From assembly GCF_963506605.1 (NCBI RefSeq), contig NC_083281.1, positions 32,612,001-32,676,000 of the forward strand: a stretch of 64,000 nucleotides of DNA, given 5' to 3'. The translations under genes and the position numbers were made by a program. This DNA comes from Zootoca vivipara. Lineage: Eukaryota. The notes under the pieces are model-generated. The model had not been told where the DNA came from. It made no database searches and saw nothing but the letters and a program-made list of their open reading frames with translations. Below, one piece after another: positions 60,351-64,000 of this stretch. Numbering within the stretch: the first letter of the stretch is position 1; each line of letters opens with the position of its first letter.

Positions 60351-60949
60351 TATTGAGCTTATTAGTTGCCTTTTTTTAAAAAAAACCCAGTGTGACTCAA
60401 AGTAACTTACAACAACAAATAAATATGTGTCGATACCAGCGTAAAACAAACCATAGAAAACACATTCATATTTTTGAAAGGCAGGATTAAAATGCCACAT
60501 CCATGGAATGAGGCATTTATCCAGAGGTTTGCAAGCTGTCCTTAAGCACAAGTACATTTTTTGCAAAAACAGGCCTTCTTTCCCTCACAATTGACCTTCC
60601 CTCTCCTTTTTGCGTCCTCATCTCCTGACGGTGGGCTGGTTGAAACCGCAAGGCATTGCAATCAATTGCGCTGCTTTTTATAAAGTAGAGGTGGGAATGT
60701 TGAAATCCACTCAGGAATTCTTTCAGCATAAAATCGTTCTGACCTGTGCCCAATCCCCGTCCTACTCTCAGCGCTACTCTTGTGGGAGGCCAAAGACCTT
60801 CTGAACAAGGCACAGCCAATAGTCAGTGTGAGGTCAGTAGAGGCCTGCACCACACCAGGACCAGGTCTTCTCAGAGTCAGGCTGCTTGAGAATGCAGCCC
60901 AAAGTGAGTGGCAAGCTCCATCTAAGGCTAAATACCAGCCCAACAAAGT

Positions 60950-61135
60950 TAAGAGGGCCACTGTGGTGCCATGGTTGGGACTAAGGCCTAGGAGAGGGTT
61001 CAAATCCCCACTCAGTCATGAACCTTGCTGGATGACCTCAAGCTAATCACACAGCCTCAGCCTAACCTACCTCACAGGGTTGTTGAGAGGGCAACGTGGG
61101 GAGAAGGAGAACTATGTATGCCACCTTGAGCTTCT
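60950..61135 (+). mobile_element. CORE/MIR-like SINE remnant (another at ~23570-23680, minus strand)
   Basis: gggttcaaatccccactcag...gatgacct...ctcagcctaacctacctcacagggttgttg. Confidence 0.6.
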
Positions 61136-61534
61136 CGGGGGGGGGGGGGGAAAGTGGGCTGGAAGTGCAAAAATAAAACTTTAAAAAAAAATCAAAATGT
61201 ATTTTCCACAAGACTCTATGGACTTCCAATTGCTATTGGATCACATTCATCAGGGCAGTGGCAACCAGGCCTCTTAGGCTGGAAGGCAGGGCAGTCCACA
61301 GCAGGTGGTGCCAGGGATCACAACAGATAGAATAAGCATAGAAACTCTCCCCCCTCTTCATTTTCTACTGGTCCCGCTGCAATGTTGTACCTTCAACACC
61401 AGCCTGGCATGCAGGAATTAAACAGGTCAGGGTCTTCATACAGATGTACTGCGGCTTTAGAATAGAATTAGTCTCAAACAAAATGGTGCATTGGGTTCTT
61501 CTACAGCGTGGAAAAAATGTGAAGTGTTTTAGGC

Positions 61535-61735
61535 ATAGGAAGCTGCCTTCTACAGAGTCAAGCCTTTGGGTCTATCAATCTCAGTATTGTCAACATTGAC
61601 TGTCAGCAGTTCTCCAAGATTTCAGACAGGATTCTGTCCCGGCCCTACTTGGAGATTTTTTTTGGGGGGGGGGGATTTGAGCCTGGGACCTTCTGCATGC
61701 AAAGCAGATGCTCTGCCCCTGAGCTAGCACCCTTC
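61535..61735 (-). mobile_element. tRNA-derived SINE with CR1-like tail
   Basis: gggatttgagcctgggaccttctgcatgcaaagcagatgctctgcccctgagcta (tRNA-like head on the minus strand) plus a cataggaagctgcc tail. Confidence 0.6.
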
Positions 61736-63587
61736 CTGAACATATTAACTGCCAGCTCATTCTCAGAGTGCAGATCCTTTTGCAGCCCAAATGGCAATAT
61801 CTGGGGCTTTTTTCAGCCAGAACTCATCGGAACTCAGTTCTGGCACCTCACGGGTGGGTGCCATTGCTATTATAAGAGTTCATGGTGAGTTCCAGCACCT
61901 TTTTCTAGAAAAATAGCACTGGCAAATTCCATTGGAAAAGGGGTAGTTATTGGCTGGTTTAGGATAATGTTTGCAGAAGTACGTGTTTCTAAATGAGGAA
62001 AAAATACTCTTGTGGGCTGAAAAAGAGCCCACAAAGACTGAGCATGCTCAATGAGTGCACAATGCTGTCTTGAACCATTGGTTGGGGGGGGGTGATGGGG
62101 GACATGAGGGGTAGAATAACCAGCAGATGAGAAAGGAGAATGGATTATCCTGGATGAGGGTGTGACTCCAAGAACAGGAATATTTCACACGGCCACAATT
62201 CAATTATCCACATATCTCCAACAATTTAAACAAAAATCCTTGTAGAAATTTATCAGCATTTTAGTGCAGATTTCTCCAAATAAACATATGGATATGAATG
62301 TGTTTGCAAAGCTGTTTCCCCTAGTATAATGCTTTTTCATTTCCACTAATATATGCATTTTTATGAACATCTCACCCTGGGCTAAGTATTTTTGTAGACA
62401 TTGCTTGGGCTGGAGAACTGCAGCTGCAATATTTGGAGAAGGATTACTGAGTTTTAATTCGGCTTAGTGCTTCAGAAAATGTGTGCTTGTAGGCATAGCC
62501 CTCAAGCATTATTATTGTTTTGCTGTCCCATTTACATGGCACAAGGGTTTCTTCAAACTATCTTTACGAAACAAACAAACCAGGGTTGGATGGGGGAGAG
62601 GGAGGGAGAATTGGGAAAGGGTTATTCAGACAGTGAAACATCTAACCATATCCCTGGGCATTCTTGCAGAAGCAGGCTGGTCCTGAACATGATATCTGCA
62701 CTTAACCTTTGCAAGCCAGCAGGTCATTTCGATGGGGTGCCGGGGGGGGGGACGTTATGGTGAAGATACTGGCTGACCTTCTGAAAGCATTCCTTGGCAT
62801 GCAGAACTAATGCGTTTTCCCTGTTTCAAAGAAGACTTGATGGCTCGATAAGGGGAGATAATGGATATACATACATTGATCAGGAAAAGGGTAGAGGTAG
62901 GGAGCAACATTAGAGGAGAAAAATTATGAGCAGGGTGAAGGAAGAGGGCAGCAACGCTGCATGTAGACACCAGAACTCTCCTCAAGCATTGCCATGTGCA
63001 CTTAGCTATGTGCTCTATCCCCTAGAGAGGTGCTAGCAAGCATGATTCCGAGGAGCAAATGAACGAAACCCTTGGAAATTAGTGGAAACCATGCTTTGGG
63101 TTTAGTATTGGGCTTTGGGGAGAATTGGGATAAACTAGATCTATTGCTCAAATCCGGGCCGAGGTCAGCTATGGCCAAAAGTAATTACTATCTGCGGGCC
63201 AAGCCAAAATGAATTGCAAATCACTTCTAAGAAGAGGATTTGCTCACATCTCTCACATAGTGATCCTTTGCAATGTAGCAAGAAGGGAAGCTTGTGCTGA
63301 GGATGGATGAGGAAGGTTATTAATGAACCTTAGTTTTTTTGGGGGGGAGATATTATGGCAAGGCAGGGTGGGGCGTTTGAAAAGCAATGAGATACACCCC
63401 TTCATTAGAGTCGCCATTTAGGGTTTGCTTACGGGTTGGGTTTCAAGGAAGCAAATGAGTCATTAAAGTGGTAATAGCTTCTTCACAATATTCCTCAGGG
63501 GTTTTGGAGAGATGTTGCAAGAAATTTTGTCTTTTGCAAGCTTGGGGTGGCAGCCTGGGTCACCTGCAGCGGACAAGACTTTTAGTA

Positions 63588-63940
63588 GGACCCAGGTGGC
63601 GCTGTGGGCTAAACCACTGAGCCTAGGGCTTGCTGATCAGAAGGTCGGCGGTTCGAATCCCTGTGACGGGGTGAGCTCCCGTTGCTCGGTCCCAGCTCCT
63701 GCCAACCTAGCAGTTCGAAAGCACATCAAAAATGCAGGTAGATAAATAGGAACCGCTATAGCGGGAAGGTAAACGGCGTTTCCATGTGTTGCTCTGGTTT
63801 GCCAGAAGCGGCTTTGTCATGCTGGCCACATGACCTGGAAACTATACGCCGGCTTCCTCGGCCAATAATGCGAGATGAGCGCGCAAACCCAGAGTCGGTC
63901 ACGACTGGACCTAATGGTCAGGGGTCCCTTTACCTTTACC
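63588..63940 (+). mobile_element. Sauria SINE, full length
   Basis: A/B boxes, (ACCTTT)n tail. Confidence 0.92.
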
Positions 63941-64000
63941 TAAAATGTCACAAATTGGCAAGTACGCTTTCAAGTTCTTCAGAAATCTTCATCAGACAGG

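Noticed and set aside
63588-63670. tRNA-like A/B boxes (GGTTCGAATCC) here and in the other copies
   Set aside because: These are heads of Sauria SINEs, not cloverleaf tRNA genes
41000-64000. Expected neighbour OPRD1 or another upstream gene
   Set aside because: No GPCR-like or other recognisable exon found; the synteny is recalled from mammals only and cannot be confirmed here

Overview
Vertebrate genomic DNA, almost certainly from a squamate reptile and probably a lacertid lizard (inferred from several full-length Sauria SINEs plus CR1, L2, Penelope-like elements and hAT/Tc1-mariner MITEs). The only protein-coding gene I can support is the 5' half of EPB41 (erythrocyte membrane protein band 4.1, protein 4.1R) on the minus strand. 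Seven coding exons (14760 down to 1435; 1221 nt, 407 codons, all GT-AG and frame-consistent) encode the U1 headpiece and the N-terminal part of the FERM domain; the gene continues off the left edge. A CpG island at ~39.5-40.8 kb is the likely promoter/non-coding first exon, giving a ~25 kb first intron. 41-64 kb is upstream sequence with no convincing CDS. Almost every other ORF in the track is spurious. I see no clearly new multi-gene system. The most interesting signals are: a near-intact minimal hammerhead ribozyme in a Penelope-like terminus, with a sister copy folded into a perfect 48-bp hairpin; absence of the mammalian internal exon-2 acceptor used to skip AUG1; a candidate 30-nt micro-exon or recursive splice site in intron 1; a doubly inverted CR1 insertion; a 350-bp dispersed duplication; MITE families whose internal motifs co-vary with their TIRs; and several candidate erythroid enhancers.
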